64,000 nt of DNA from Methanobacteriota archaeon (GTDB taxonomy: Archaea; Thermoplasmatota; Poseidoniia; Poseidoniales; Poseidoniaceae), in the NCBI GenBank assembly GCA_038141355.1, contig JAYQHX010000002.1:165073-229072 (forward strand), read 5' to 3'. This document shows positions 21,835-30,818 of this stretch, in pieces. Position 1 is the stretch's first letter; each line of letters begins with the position of its first letter. The notes beneath the pieces were generated by a model, which saw only the letters and a program-made list of their open reading frames with translations, ran no database searches and was not told where the DNA came from. A program made the position numbers and the translations under genes.

Positions 21835-22122
21835 ATGAACATGCCAAAACCTTGGACCAGCGAGTTAATCAAAAAAGCTCTAGGCGTCGCTAAGTGTAAC
21901 GGTAGTTTAGAAGCCGCAACTGAGGATTTGAGCCTTGAAAAAGCAATGGACGTCGCTCGCCAGAAGGCTGGAGACGGACACTTGACTGGAGCAGACCTGA
22001 AAGCACAAACACGCGAAGTAATAGGAACATGTGTTGCTATGCGTGTCAAGATTGAAGGACTCTGGGCAAAGGATGCTTTGACCACAATTAGTAATGGAGA
22101 TTGGGACGAACGTTTTGCTTGA
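21835..22122 (+). CDS. rpl11: 50S ribosomal protein L11, C-terminal (rRNA-binding) domain only
   Basis: PKPWTSELIKKALGV…EVIGTCVAMRVKIEG…GDWDERF aligns with the second half of archaeal L11 (PPTxxLIKK…EVLGTCxSMGVTVEG…GxYDE). The probable start is the ATG at 21841, 6 nt after GAGGTGA. No N-terminal domain is encoded. Confidence 0.75.
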   Translation: MNMPKPWTSELIKKALGVAKCNGSLEAATEDLSLEKAMDVARQKAGDGHLTGADLKAQTREVIGTCVAMRVKIEGLWAKDALTTISNGDWDERFA

Positions 22123-22185
22123 ATTGAATATCACGGACCGCGGGAGAGGGACTTTGTCCTTCGCAGACCGAAGGGGTGACGAAAA

Positions 22186-22830
22186 ATGGAAGAAAAAATA
22201 TCTGAAGCGATAAAGAGCGCAATCGAAAGCGCTCCTGAAAGAAAATTCGTAGAATCTTTAGACATTGCATTCACAATCAAGGATGTTGACCTAAAGAATC
22301 CAAACAACCGTATCCAAGAAGAAATCCGATTACCATCTGGTAGAGGAAAGGATGTAAAAATCGCAATGTTTGCTGCTTCTGAAGCAGCACAAAAAGCAAA
22401 GGCTGCAGGAATTCATGTAATCGATCCTGCAGAAATTGAAGAATTAGGAAAGAACAAAGCTGCTGCAAAGAAGATTGCAAATAACTTCGATTTCTTCCTC
22501 TCCGAAGTTCCTCACATGGGAACTGTCGGTAGGTTCCTCGGTGTAGTTCTAGGTCCTCGTGGTAAAATGCCAAGGCCAGTCCCTCCAGTTGTTGACCCAG
22601 CTGTTATTGCAGCAGGATTGAAATCAACCACTGTTGTAAAGTCTAGAGATATAATCACATTCCATGCAACCTTCGGTACAAGAGAGCAATCTCATGAAGA
22701 ATTACTCAAAAACGCAATGGAAGTTTACAACCGTGTGACTTCTAAACTAGAGAGAGGAATTGGAAACGTCCGCTCTCTATATGTCAAGACAACCATGGGT
22801 CCAGCAAGCAGAATCGAGGTGATTAATTGA
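22186..22830 (+). CDS. rpl1: 50S ribosomal protein L1
   Basis: 214 aa. FVESLDIAF…EIRLPSGRGKDVKIAMFA…GPRGKMP are typical L1 blocks, and the synteny fits. Confidence 0.92.
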   Translation: MEEKISEAIKSAIESAPERKFVESLDIAFTIKDVDLKNPNNRIQEEIRLPSGRGKDVKIAMFAASEAAQKAKAAGIHVIDPAEIEELGKNKAAAKKIANNFDFFLSEVPHMGTVGRFLGVVLGPRGKMPRPVPPVVDPAVIAAGLKSTTVVKSRDIITFHATFGTREQSHEELLKNAMEVYNRVTSKLERGIGNVRSLYVKTTMGPASRIEVIN

Positions 22831-23840
22831 TTCCAAAAGTAGCACCATGGAAAAAGGACACAGTCTCTTCATTGGCTGAAATGCTAAACAAAGGTGGAAC
22901 TATCGCAATCATCGATATTCACGGAGTTCCTGCCTCTTCTATGCTCGGAATGAGAGCAGGTCTTAGAGGTCATTTAGACATTCAAGTAGCAAAGAAGAGA
23001 TTGATGAAACTTGCTTGGGAAGCTGCAGGCCATGATTTCTCAGACTTGGAAGAGTTGTATTCCTCGGCTGTGCAACCGGCTCTGGTACATTCGGAAATGA
23101 ACTCTTTTGAGTTATTCTCTGAATTAAAGAAGACAGAAGCAGGACGTGCTGCAAAACCAGGTGATGTTGCACCATATGACATTGTAGTCGAAAAAATGGA
23201 TACTGGAATGCCTCCAGGTCCAATCGTCGGTGAACTAAACTCTGTAGGCATTCCTGCTAAGATCATGGGTGGTTCAGTTCAAATTCAGAAGAAAGTAACT
23301 GTTCTAAACGAAGGCGAAGTATTCGAAGGCGATTTGGGAATGATGCTTTCAAAGATAGGAATCAACCCAATCGTCACAGGTTTGAGACTATGCGGAACCA
23401 TAGAAGATGGAACCACATTCAAACCAGAAACTTTGGACATCGATTACGAACAATTCGAATCAGATTTGATTGGTTATGTTGCTGGTGCATTCAACCTAGC
23501 GTGTAATATCTCTTGGTTCACAAGCCAGACAACTCCAACACTAATCGCAAAGGCAAGCGGCGAAGCACTCGCTGTAGCCTTGGAAGCGGCAATCGCAACA
23601 ACCGAAACATTGCCGCATCTAATCGGAAGAGCGAACGCATCAGCACTAGGTGTTGCAGGTTCGCTATCTCCTGACGCACTCGATGACGAGCTGAGCCAAC
23701 TCCTTGGCGCAGCAGCAACCGCAGCAGCATCCGCTGCCGCTGTCGCAACGAGCTCTGAAGAAGCCCCTGCCGAGGCTGAAGAAGAGGAGGAGGAAGAAGA
23801 GGAGGGAGGCTTTGAAGGCCTCGGATCCTTATTCGGCTAA
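22827..23840 (+). CDS. rplP0: 50S ribosomal stalk protein L10/P0
   Basis: 337 aa with N-terminal PWKKDTV, an Ala-rich hinge and the acidic tail [20 protein letters not shown] shared with P1. Confidence 0.92.
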   Translation: MIPKVAPWKKDTVSSLAEMLNKGGTIAIIDIHGVPASSMLGMRAGLRGHLDIQVAKKRLMKLAWEAAGHDFSDLEELYSSAVQPALVHSEMNSFELFSELKKTEAGRAAKPGDVAPYDIVVEKMDTGMPPGPIVGELNSVGIPAKIMGGSVQIQKKVTVLNEGEVFEGDLGMMLSKIGINPIVTGLRLCGTIEDGTTFKPETLDIDYEQFESDLIGYVAGAFNLACNISWFTSQTTPTLIAKASGEALAVALEAAIATTETLPHLIGRANASALGVAGSLSPDALDDELSQLLGAAATAAASAAAVATSSEEAPAEAEEEEEEEEEGGFEGLGSLFG

Positions 23841-23869
23841 ACAAAATAAAAAATTGAGGTGAAGATGAA

Positions 23870-24172
23870 ATGGAGTACGTATACGCTGCAATGCTTTTGC
23901 ACTCTGCTGAGAAAGAAATTAACGACGACGCTGTATCTGCAGTCCTAAAGGCTGCTGGTGTAGATGTAGATGACGCCCGCGTGAAAGCACTAGTTGCTTC
24001 TCTGAGCGGTGTTGACATCGCTGAAGCAATGACAACCGCCGTCGCTGCGCCTGCTGCCGCTGCTGCCCCAGCCGCTGCTGCTTCCGCTGACGCTGCCCCT
24101 GCAGCTGCGGAAGAAGAAGAGGAAGAGGAAGAAGAAGGCGGTTTCGAAGGCCTAGGTTCTCTCTTTGGCTGA
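23870..24172 (+). CDS. rpl12: 50S ribosomal stalk protein L12/P1
   Basis: [17 protein letters not shown]…, an Ala/Pro hinge and the tail [20 protein letters not shown]. Confidence 0.92.
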   Translation: MEYVYAAMLLHSAEKEINDDAVSAVLKAAGVDVDDARVKALVASLSGVDIAEAMTTAVAAPAAAAAPAAAASADAAPAAAEEEEEEEEEGGFEGLGSLFG

Positions 24173-24366
24173 AGCCAAACTTGCTGAACAGATCTACTGA
24201 ACACATGGCCATAGTTGGCCTCCCAGTGTGAGCAGGGTCGATAGATTGCGCACATGCACATGTTGCGTAAGCGAGATTGTTCAAGCCTCAGAATAACCAA
24301 AGCGCGCCGAATATCGATTTGCTTGCTATTGCTAATTCCCAGCAAAGGAACTACCCGTAGTTTCTT

Positions 24367-24849
24367 GTGATGTTGCTTAATGCGAAGACCATGCTAAAGA
24401 GACGTGAGTATGTTCTGGAGGTTTCTACATCTCCAATTGAGAACATTAAAGCTCTCCGTCTTATATGCGAGGAAAATGATTGGGAGATTGAAAGTCAACA
24501 CGGTTCACGTTTGGTTGACCGATTTGCGATAATCATGCCAATGGCGCAAAACGCTAGGACAATTGGTTTAACTTTCCTCACAGGTCCTTTACAAGGTATT
24601 GAAATGCATTCTTGGGCTGAAACTAAAGGTAGCGCAGGTGCAATTAACATGGCATCATGGATAATTCCAGGAGGAGAAGGAAACGAAGAAGCGATGGATT
24701 TGATTCGTAATTGGGCTAAATCATTGCCCAGATGTCCGTGGAAATGGTCGTTCGGTGAAAGGAGTAAAATCGGCTACTTGCTCCCAGTTTTTAGAAGGTC
24801 TCGAAAAAAGTTCGCTAAGTTAGGATTGACCAAGTGGGACAAAAAATGA
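24367..24849 (+). CDS. hypothetical protein
   Basis: 160-aa ORF with a basic C-terminus. No motif was recognised. Confidence 0.4.
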   Translation: MMLLNAKTMLKRREYVLEVSTSPIENIKALRLICEENDWEIESQHGSRLVDRFAIIMPMAQNARTIGLTFLTGPLQGIEMHSWAETKGSAGAINMASWIIPGGEGNEEAMDLIRNWAKSLPRCPWKWSFGERSKIGYLLPVFRRSRKKFAKLGLTKWDKK

Positions 24850-24904
24850 ACCAAAACCCTTGCTAAGTACTAGTGTCTAGCATGGAATAACCGGAGGAGA
24901 TAAT

Positions 24905-25117
24905 TTGGCTTTTATGGATGATTTAAAGACAGATCAAAGAACTCAAATTTTGGTTGGCGGGATTATATTCTTCGCCATCGCTTTCCCAGTTTATTTCTCA
25001 TTTGCCGCAGGCGAAGTTGACTCATATTCTGCTAGTGGTCCAGTTGGAACATACCAACTAACTGGAGAATATTCTTACCACGAAATCGGTAGAGGAAGCG
25101 AAACTATTGGTGATTGA
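24905..25117 (+). CDS. hypothetical membrane-anchored protein, part upstream of an in-frame TGA
   Basis: N-terminal TM helix ILVGGIIFFAIAFPVYFSFAAG. It ends at the TGA at 25115-25117, but the same frame stays open for the next 154 codons. Confidence 0.45.
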   Translation: MAFMDDLKTDQRTQILVGGIIFFAIAFPVYFSFAAGEVDSYSASGPVGTYQLTGEYSYHEIGRGSETIGD

Positions 25118-25255
25118 GAAACAGCAAATGTAATTGCAAATTCTGACGCTGCTGGAGATTCTATCAATGGCAAGAATATTGTCGGTGTTAGAGCAACTCT
25201 TACATTTACCGATGATGAAGAAGGAGATGGCGCATTATGTGGAGGATACAATTCG

Positions 25256-25579
25256 GTGGATGATGATGTGACTGGTCATTTAATGCACGAACCATTTGAA
25301 GAATCGAAAAATGTTCTTACTGGAGAATCAGTGATGATAGAATGGCATGATTCCAGTATTGTAGATACGACTGTTTCAAACATGAGTGAAGGAGAAATTG
25401 AACTCATGCTATCTGGAATGGGAATTGGACTTGGAGAACACAGTCTTGACATCAGCGTCTCAGTGAATACCGGTGGAGCTTTGAGCCCAACATGTTCATC
25501 AAATGATGACGGCGAAACAGTGGCATATGTCATAGAATTGATTTCCCTGGAATACACCATAACAATGGTCGAAGAATAA
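25256..25579 (+). CDS. hypothetical acidic ectodomain, part downstream of the in-frame TGA
   Basis: Same frame as 24905..25117. There is no stop between 25118 and 25579, so the two pieces form one 224-codon frame interrupted only by the TGA. Confidence 0.45.
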   Translation: MDDDVTGHLMHEPFEESKNVLTGESVMIEWHDSSIVDTTVSNMSEGEIELMLSGMGIGLGEHSLDISVSVNTGGALSPTCSSNDDGETVAYVIELISLEYTITMVEE

Positions 25580-26977
25580 TCAATTTAGCAACTTACTAAT
25601 GTCGATTATCGGTGAAACTCTTTCATCTATCATCGCGAGAATACTATCAAGATTCGATTGAGTATTTGCTTCAACTCTCATTACAAGAATAGGCTCAGTA
25701 TTCGATTTTCTTGCAAGATACCAGCCAATTTGTTCACCATCCTCCTCAAATCTAACTCTGACTCCATCAATTGTTGATGATTGGAAATCATCGAAAGCAG
25801 AAGTGATTTTTGCCACGGCCTCCAACTTGTCTTCTTCCGAGCATGGTACCTTTACCTCACCAGTCGTAGGTAGGTTAGGTGCAAGTCGATTCAATTCTTC
25901 ACTGAATTTCTTGCCATCGGTTCTCGACCAAAGCTCTAGAATCCTTGCAGCATTGTATAGTGAGCAATCAAATCCGTACCAACCACGGTCAGCCATGAAT
26001 ATATGTCCGCTCATTTCAGCAGCCATTAGTGCATTTGGATTATCGGCGAGCACTCGTTTCATGAATGAATGTCCGGTTTTTGCCATCATTGGTTTGCCAC
26101 CAGCAGCAACAATCGCTTTTTCAACATTCATAGAACACTTAACATCGTAAATTAGCAGATCTTTTCCATCTTCTGAACCAACCACATCATCTGCTAGTAA
26201 AGCAATTAATCGGTCCGGATAAACAAAGTCTCCATTTTCGTCAACAGCCCCGATTCTATCTCCATCCCCGTCAGCCCCTAATCCAAATTCGAGCCCGTTT
26301 TCTTTGACTGTATTTGCCAAATCAACCATGTTGTATTCTCTAGTTGGGTCGGCTCCGTGGTTGGGTTCAGTATTGTCCCAGTCGCAGTAAAGGTCGATAT
26401 GTTGTGCACCAAGCATGTCAAGAAGTTTTGACATTGCAGGGCCTGGAACAGCGTTGCCACAATCTACGGCTACTTTGACGGGGCGAGATAATTTCCCAGT
26501 TGATTCAATTATCGCTTTGAGATAGTTTTCTTCATGTGGGGAATCAATATGCTCTCCATCTCCTTGTTTGAAATTACCAGATACGAATACGTCTTTCAAT
26601 TCTTGAATTTCTTCTCCTGCTAGTGGTAGTGTGCCTCTGCACATTTTGAATCCATTATGAGTTGGCATAGGAAGGTGAGATGCAGTCACCATTACTCCAC
26701 CATCGACCGGTAGCGTCCAACATGCGTGATAGAGACAACCAGTTGAAACAATACCAAGGTCTAGAACCTTGACACCTGATTCGGTTAATCCCCTAATTAG
26801 ATTAGAAGCATATCCGGGACTTGTTGCGCGAATGTCTCTTCCCACAGCGAATGATTCACAATCGAGGTACTTTGCAAGAGACTGACCTAGGCGATATGCA
26901 AATTCATCAGACAACTCTTCTCCAGACAGCCCACGTATGTCGTAGGCCTTGAAACAATGAAGAGGCCAGTCTCCCAT
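25580..26977 (-). CDS. phosphomannomutase/phosphoglucomutase family protein
   Basis: 465 aa. Active-site Ser loop TASHLPMPTHNGFK, metal loop GLGADGDGDRIG and sugar-binding loop AAEMSGH. Confidence 0.88.
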   Translation of the reverse strand: MGDWPLHCFKAYDIRGLSGEELSDEFAYRLGQSLAKYLDCESFAVGRDIRATSPGYASNLIRGLTESGVKVLDLGIVSTGCLYHACWTLPVDGGVMVTASHLPMPTHNGFKMCRGTLPLAGEEIQELKDVFVSGNFKQGDGEHIDSPHEENYLKAIIESTGKLSRPVKVAVDCGNAVPGPAMSKLLDMLGAQHIDLYCDWDNTEPNHGADPTREYNMVDLANTVKENGLEFGLGADGDGDRIGAVDENGDFVYPDRLIALLADDVVGSEDGKDLLIYDVKCSMNVEKAIVAAGGKPMMAKTGHSFMKRVLADNPNALMAAEMSGHIFMADRGWYGFDCSLYNAARILELWSRTDGKKFSEELNRLAPNLPTTGEVKVPCSEEDKLEAVAKITSAFDDFQSSTIDGVRVRFEEDGEQIGWYLARKSNTEPILVMRVEANTQSNLDSILAMIDERVSPIIDISKLLN

Positions 26978-27008
26978 GTTTATCGCCTGTACTTATCTGA
27001 TATGAATA

Positions 27009-27191
27009 TCATCTTCTTACAACAAAAGAGATTACAAGTCCAATTGTCATCACAATTCCGAATTCTAGGAGAACCCCGTTCCACCAAGAAACCAATGTGA
27101 GGGCTGAAATTGTCGGAATTCCGATTTTCAATAATTTAGGCCAAGTTAGCAATCCTTTAGGTGTCTCCTCAAGGTATGGGGAGCCAGGCAT
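27009..27191 (-). CDS. small membrane protein (hypothetical)
   Basis: 60 aa with two hydrophobic segments. Support is weak beyond ORF length and its position between genes on the same strand. Confidence 0.3.
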   Translation of the reverse strand: MPGSPYLEETPKGLLTWPKLLKIGIPTISALTLVSWWNGVLLEFGIVMTIGLVISFVVRR

Positions 27192-27200
27192 ATTATCACC

Positions 27201-27566
27201 TTAGGACATTGCTTGAACTACAATTTCGACCTTTGCTCCAGCAGGTAGAGCCCCTGCTTCAAATGCAGCTCTTGCAGGTTTGACTTCAATATCTTCCACC
27301 CATGCGCCATAAACTTCGTTCATTGCAGAGAAATCATTGATGTCATCAAGTAAGACTTGAGCAAAGCAAACAGCGTGTTTTGAAACACCGGCCGCCTCTA
27401 ACAGTGCATCAATTTTTGCTAATGCACCAGCGGTTTGGCTTGAAACATCATCGCCAGCGTCAACATCTATCTGGCCCGATAGCCAAATCATATTTCCAAA
27501 TTTTACTCCAGGCGTATATGGTCCGTACAATTTACTGCCGGGAATGGTAATTGCTTCCTTAGACAT
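27201..27566 (-). CDS. ridA: RidA/YjgF-family enamine/imine deaminase
   Basis: The probable start is MSKEAITIPG at 27566. The blocks GNMIWLSGQI, VLLDDINDFSAMNEVY and PARAAFEAGALPAGAKVEI are typical of YjgF. Confidence 0.8.
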   Translation of the reverse strand: MSKEAITIPGSKLYGPYTPGVKFGNMIWLSGQIDVDAGDDVSSQTAGALAKIDALLEAAGVSKHAVCFAQVLLDDINDFSAMNEVYGAWVEDIEVKPARAAFEAGALPAGAKVEIVVQAMS

Positions 27567-27622
27567 AGTACGGCCACACAGCGAAAGCACATCAAAATAG
27601 ACCATACTTGTGTGCCACAATT

Positions 27623-27958
27623 ATGGCGATAGGCTGGGTAATTGACCATCCAGCCCATGCAAGGCTATTGGCACCTCTGATGCGGGAAATGTCAACACCA
27701 GATGATGTGATTATAGCATGTGATAGAATTGAAGTCCGATCGATGATTGAAAAATCAGATGGATACCTTCCTCGAAGAAAGACGGTCTGGGTTCCAAGGC
27801 CTGTTGGGAAAAACCGGTACAGAAAAGCATTCAAACGATACAGAATTTCAAAATTAGCACTAAAGCACTCAAATCTTGTAGTCAGTATCGGAGCGCCAAT
27901 TGAATTAAGGGCAGCACCAAAAAATCTAGACGAATTTACATTACCGACACTGAAGTAA
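27623..27958 (+). CDS. DUF354-type (glycosyltransferase-like) protein, N-terminal fragment (frameshifted)
   Basis: MAIGWVIDHPAHARLLAPLMREM…VIIACDR resembles the DUF354 N-terminus. The frame is lost in an A6 run at 27919-27924. Confidence 0.55.
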   Translation: MAIGWVIDHPAHARLLAPLMREMSTPDDVIIACDRIEVRSMIEKSDGYLPRRKTVWVPRPVGKNRYRKAFKRYRISKLALKHSNLVVSIGAPIELRAAPKNLDEFTLPTLK

Positions 27959-28140
27959 ATCATACCGCTCACAAATTTGCAAACCCAACCGATATTGTAA
28001 TTCCAACTCATTTCGATGAAGATTTATCTGGTAATCTTCTGAAGAAGAAAGCGGTAATACATCGAATATCTGGACTTCATGGGCACGTTCACCTTCAGCC
28101 TAGATTACGTCCTAGAAATGTTTCTGACCCACCGAAAATT

Positions 28141-28548
28141 TTGGTTAGAAAATTGGTAGGAGGCGGTATTCACGACGCTGGGGAAATAGTTTCAATTCCG
28201 GAGGAATGGCTTGAAGGTCTAAAAGTAATCTATGCAAATGAAAACGAATATTCGGGCAATCCTTGGAAGTTAGATGAGGAGATTTCAAAGGTGGATGGAG
28301 TAATTACTCAATCTGTCACACTCGCCAGTGAGGCTGTAATTCAAGGCGTTCCTACCCTCCTAGTCTCCAAGGCAAAGAGAGGATTCTTGAATCGATTGAC
28401 GAAAGATGGTTATCCAATTTTTATCGATGAAAATGCACAAGATTCTACCTATGCATCTTGGCTTGCAGGATTGCATCTTCTTGATGAGTTAGAAAAAATA
28501 GATTGGCCGGATGTAAAATCAGAATTATTGGATATTCTGCAACATTGA
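28141..28548 (+). CDS. DUF354-type protein, C-terminal fragment (frameshifted)
   Basis: The frame is open from 27904 (…KKSRRIYITDTEVNHTAHKFANPTDIVIPTHF…) through 28548 and continues the DUF354-like sequence. Confidence 0.55.
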   Translation: MVRKLVGGGIHDAGEIVSIPEEWLEGLKVIYANENEYSGNPWKLDEEISKVDGVITQSVTLASEAVIQGVPTLLVSKAKRGFLNRLTKDGYPIFIDENAQDSTYASWLAGLHLLDELEKIDWPDVKSELLDILQH

Positions 28549-28932
28549 CATATGGTCACCTGCTAATTCAGTGATTTCAGATAAATCATACCAAGCAGCA
28601 TCAGCAGCATCATCGCCCGCCTTTGGTTCTCCTTCCGCATGAACAAGATAGGCAATTGAAACCACGTGTCCACGAGGGTCACGATTTGGGTCTCCATTTA
28701 CGCAAACCAATCTTTCAATTCTTCCTTCAAGCCCGCATTCTTCTTTCAATTCTCGAATTACTGCGTCCTCAGGGTCCTCTCCTTTATCGACAAATCCACC
28801 AGGAAATGCTAACGTATTCTTCCAAGGGTCTTTTCCTCTGCGAATAAGGAGAATTTTTCCAGAGTTGATGACTATCGCATCAACCGCTAAGGCAGGTTGT
28901 TCCCATTGTCCACATTCGTTGCAAGCAGGCAT
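28525..28932 (-). CDS. Nudix hydrolase with N-terminal CxxC
   Basis: Nudix box GGFVDKGEDPEDAVIRELKEECGL. The likely start is MPACNECG at 28932, 1 nt after the uppS stop. Confidence 0.8.
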   Translation of the reverse strand: MPACNECGQWEQPALAVDAIVINSGKILLIRRGKDPWKNTLAFPGGFVDKGEDPEDAVIRELKEECGLEGRIERLVCVNGDPNRDPRGHVVSIAYLVHAEGEPKAGDDAADAAWYDLSEITELAGDHMSMLQNIQ

Positions 28933-28933
28933 T

Positions 28934-29713
28934 TTATTCACCGTAGCGTCTAACTCTTGCCTGATAGGTTTGAATGGCTTTGAGCAATTCTTTCTTGGAG
29001 AAAGAAGGCCAGAAAACATCTGTGAAATATAGTTCTGAGTAAGCCATTTGCCATAATAGGAAATTCGAGATTCGCTCTTCTCCAGATGTTCTAATCACTA
29101 GGTCGGGGTCTGGCATATCCGCAGTGTAAAGTCTTCTACTAACCTCATTTTCGTCTATTTTATCCAAAGATAAATTTCCGGATTTGTGATCGCTTGCTAT
29201 GCTTTTTATCGCGCTAAGCATCTCTTCTCTGCTTCCATAAGCAAGACAAACTGTAAACGTATAATCTCCGTAATCTGAGGTTTTTGATTCTGCATAATCA
29301 ATCGCATCATTGACGTTTTTTGGTAATAATTCTCTTCTGCCAATTATCTGAACCTTCACTTTATTTTCATGAATTCTTTCATCATCTGCTATGTCGTGAA
29401 GACCTTCGATGTATAGCCGAAAAAGTCCTTCTAATTCATCACCAGGGCGGTTCAAATTTTCTGTTGAAAGCGCGTAAACAGTGAAAAAATGGATATCTAA
29501 TTCCAATACCCAATCTAAAACCTGTTCAAGTTTGATTTTCCCTAACTTGTGCCCTAAGTCGGTTTCAAGAGCTTTAGACCAAGCGAATCTTCGATTACCG
29601 TCCATAATTATCGCTAGGTGGTTTACTGATACTGGATGTTCCTTTACTTCACGCAGTAATTTTGCTTCTACTGCGCCACCTAAAACATCACCGAGACGAT
29701 TACTAATACCCAT
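28934..29713 (-). CDS. uppS: cis-prenyltransferase (undecaprenyl-diphosphate synthase family)
   Basis: HLAIIMDGNRRFA, FTVYALSTENLNRP and IRTSGEERISNFLLWQMAYSELYF. Confidence 0.92.
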   Translation of the reverse strand: MGISNRLGDVLGGAVEAKLLREVKEHPVSVNHLAIIMDGNRRFAWSKALETDLGHKLGKIKLEQVLDWVLELDIHFFTVYALSTENLNRPGDELEGLFRLYIEGLHDIADDERIHENKVKVQIIGRRELLPKNVNDAIDYAESKTSDYGDYTFTVCLAYGSREEMLSAIKSIASDHKSGNLSLDKIDENEVSRRLYTADMPDPDLVIRTSGEERISNFLLWQMAYSELYFTDVFWPSFSKKELLKAIQTYQARVRRYGE

Positions 29714-29767
29714 TTCATCGCCCCCTATCCCTATCCGAATAACTTCAACCGTTTGAGTTAATCCCCC

Positions 29768-29950
29768 ATGGCTCCTCGGCCTATCATGGAGGGCAGACCA
29801 TGGTGGCCGTCAGGCATCGCTCAAAGCCATGATGAGTCTGTAATTTACACTAAATGGGGAACCACTGCTTTGCATGTTCCTGAAATTTCTAAAGAATGGT
29901 GGGAGGATTGGAAAATTCTTGGGGCAGGTGGCCAGAGATTACCAAATTAG
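29768..29950 (+). CDS. hypothetical protein, probable N-terminal fragment of a frame-split gene
   Basis: It overlaps ORF 29896..30255 in another frame. One extra G in the G4 run at 29921-29924 would join …EWWEDWKILGG to RWPEITKLEK…. Confidence 0.3.
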   Translation: MAPRPIMEGRPWWPSGIAQSHDESVIYTKWGTTALHVPEISKEWWEDWKILGAGGQRLPN

Positions 29951-30255
29951 AAAAAATCGAGGAGGATGAAATAGGGATATGGTTAGATTTAGGGGATTTC
30001 ATAGCCTTAGTTATTCCAATTCCAACTGGGAATCATTGCTCCAGATTGGTTAAAAATTCAAAATTGAACAAAGATATTAGCGATATTGTCGACCTTCCTA
30101 TTGCAGGATGCGATAAGGATGGAGACCACGTTTTGGTTTATTCAAAATCAAGACCGACTGAAATATCTGGTGAAAATCTAGCCAAATTACACACCGCCTT
30201 AATCGAGGGTGGCTGGACTACTCTAACGATCAGGGAACATGGAATGAGAGATTAA
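29896..30255 (+). CDS. hypothetical protein, probable C-terminal fragment
   Basis: 119-aa ORF. Genuine coding probably starts near 29925. No family was recognised. Confidence 0.35.
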   Translation: MVGGLENSWGRWPEITKLEKIEEDEIGIWLDLGDFIALVIPIPTGNHCSRLVKNSKLNKDISDIVDLPIAGCDKDGDHVLVYSKSRPTEISGENLAKLHTALIEGGWTTLTIREHGMRD

Positions 30256-30347
30256 AAACGATAGAAGACGTCCTCAAAACCAATACACTTTGGCGTGCAC
30301 CACATTCAAAAAATACCATTGGAATACCGAAATTCAATCTGAAAGAA

Positions 30348-30818
30348 ATGAGAGTAGTTCCTATTTCAATCAGTGAGAAATTGATTTGGAGCGAGGATAC
30401 AAATCTTCCATTACTTAGGCAAGCTGTTGAGTATGACGTTGTCAGGGATTATATGCAATTTATCGATTCCAAATATTGTGATAATTCGGTTATGAGAACA
30501 GCGACTGGAGGTTTAGCTCATCTCAAATATGATGTCAATATTTTTGAGAAAGCAAGATCAGTTGCCTTTAGTTTGGATTCGAAATCGGTTGATTTTTACC
30601 TTTCAAAAGTCGATAGATTCCAAGCAAAATTAGGAATTATGAGATTATTAAAAATGGGAATACCATTGGCAATTTCCGGATTGATTTCAACAATTTGGCT
30701 AGCACGTGCGGGTGAATTTTCAAATCCTGAAATAGGGTATATCACATTCGCAGTGATTGGAATTGTTTCAATAATAACCTATCGAAGCCAAGAACCAGAC
30801 TGGAATCAGGAACTGTGA
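30348..30818 (+). CDS. hypothetical membrane protein
   Basis: 156 aa with two C-terminal hydrophobic helices. Confidence 0.4.
   Translation: MRVVPISISEKLIWSEDTNLPLLRQAVEYDVVRDYMQFIDSKYCDNSVMRTATGGLAHLKYDVNIFEKARSVAFSLDSKSVDFYLSKVDRFQAKLGIMRLLKMGIPLAISGLISTIWLARAGEFSNPEIGYITFAVIGIVSIITYRSQEPDWNQEL

Noticed and set aside
23770-24172. Identical 20-aa C-termini of P0 and P1 read as a recent duplication or recombination
   Set aside because: The shared acidic tail is a well-known conserved feature of archaeal and eukaryotic stalk proteins. The two DNA copies use different synonymous codons, which indicates protein-level conservation.
23518-24345. 275-aa minus-strand ORF rich in Ser, Ala, Leu and Arg
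   Set aside because: It lies antisense to the Ala-rich hinges and poly-Glu tails of the P0 and P1 genes. The low-complexity translation is a shadow of the confidently identified + strand genes.
25115-25117. Selenocysteine as the meaning of the in-frame TGA
   Set aside because: There is no redox motif (CxxU/UxxC) around the codon. From memory, archaeal Sec usage is restricted to a few methanogen-related lineages. A point error or mutation is more economical. The site is kept as a low-interest finding, not as a Sec call.
27592-28011. 139-aa minus-strand ORF overlapping the DUF354 locus
   Set aside because: The + strand frames carry recognisable DUF354-like sequence on both sides of the A-run frameshift. 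The minus-strand ORF has no motif and spans the junction by chance.
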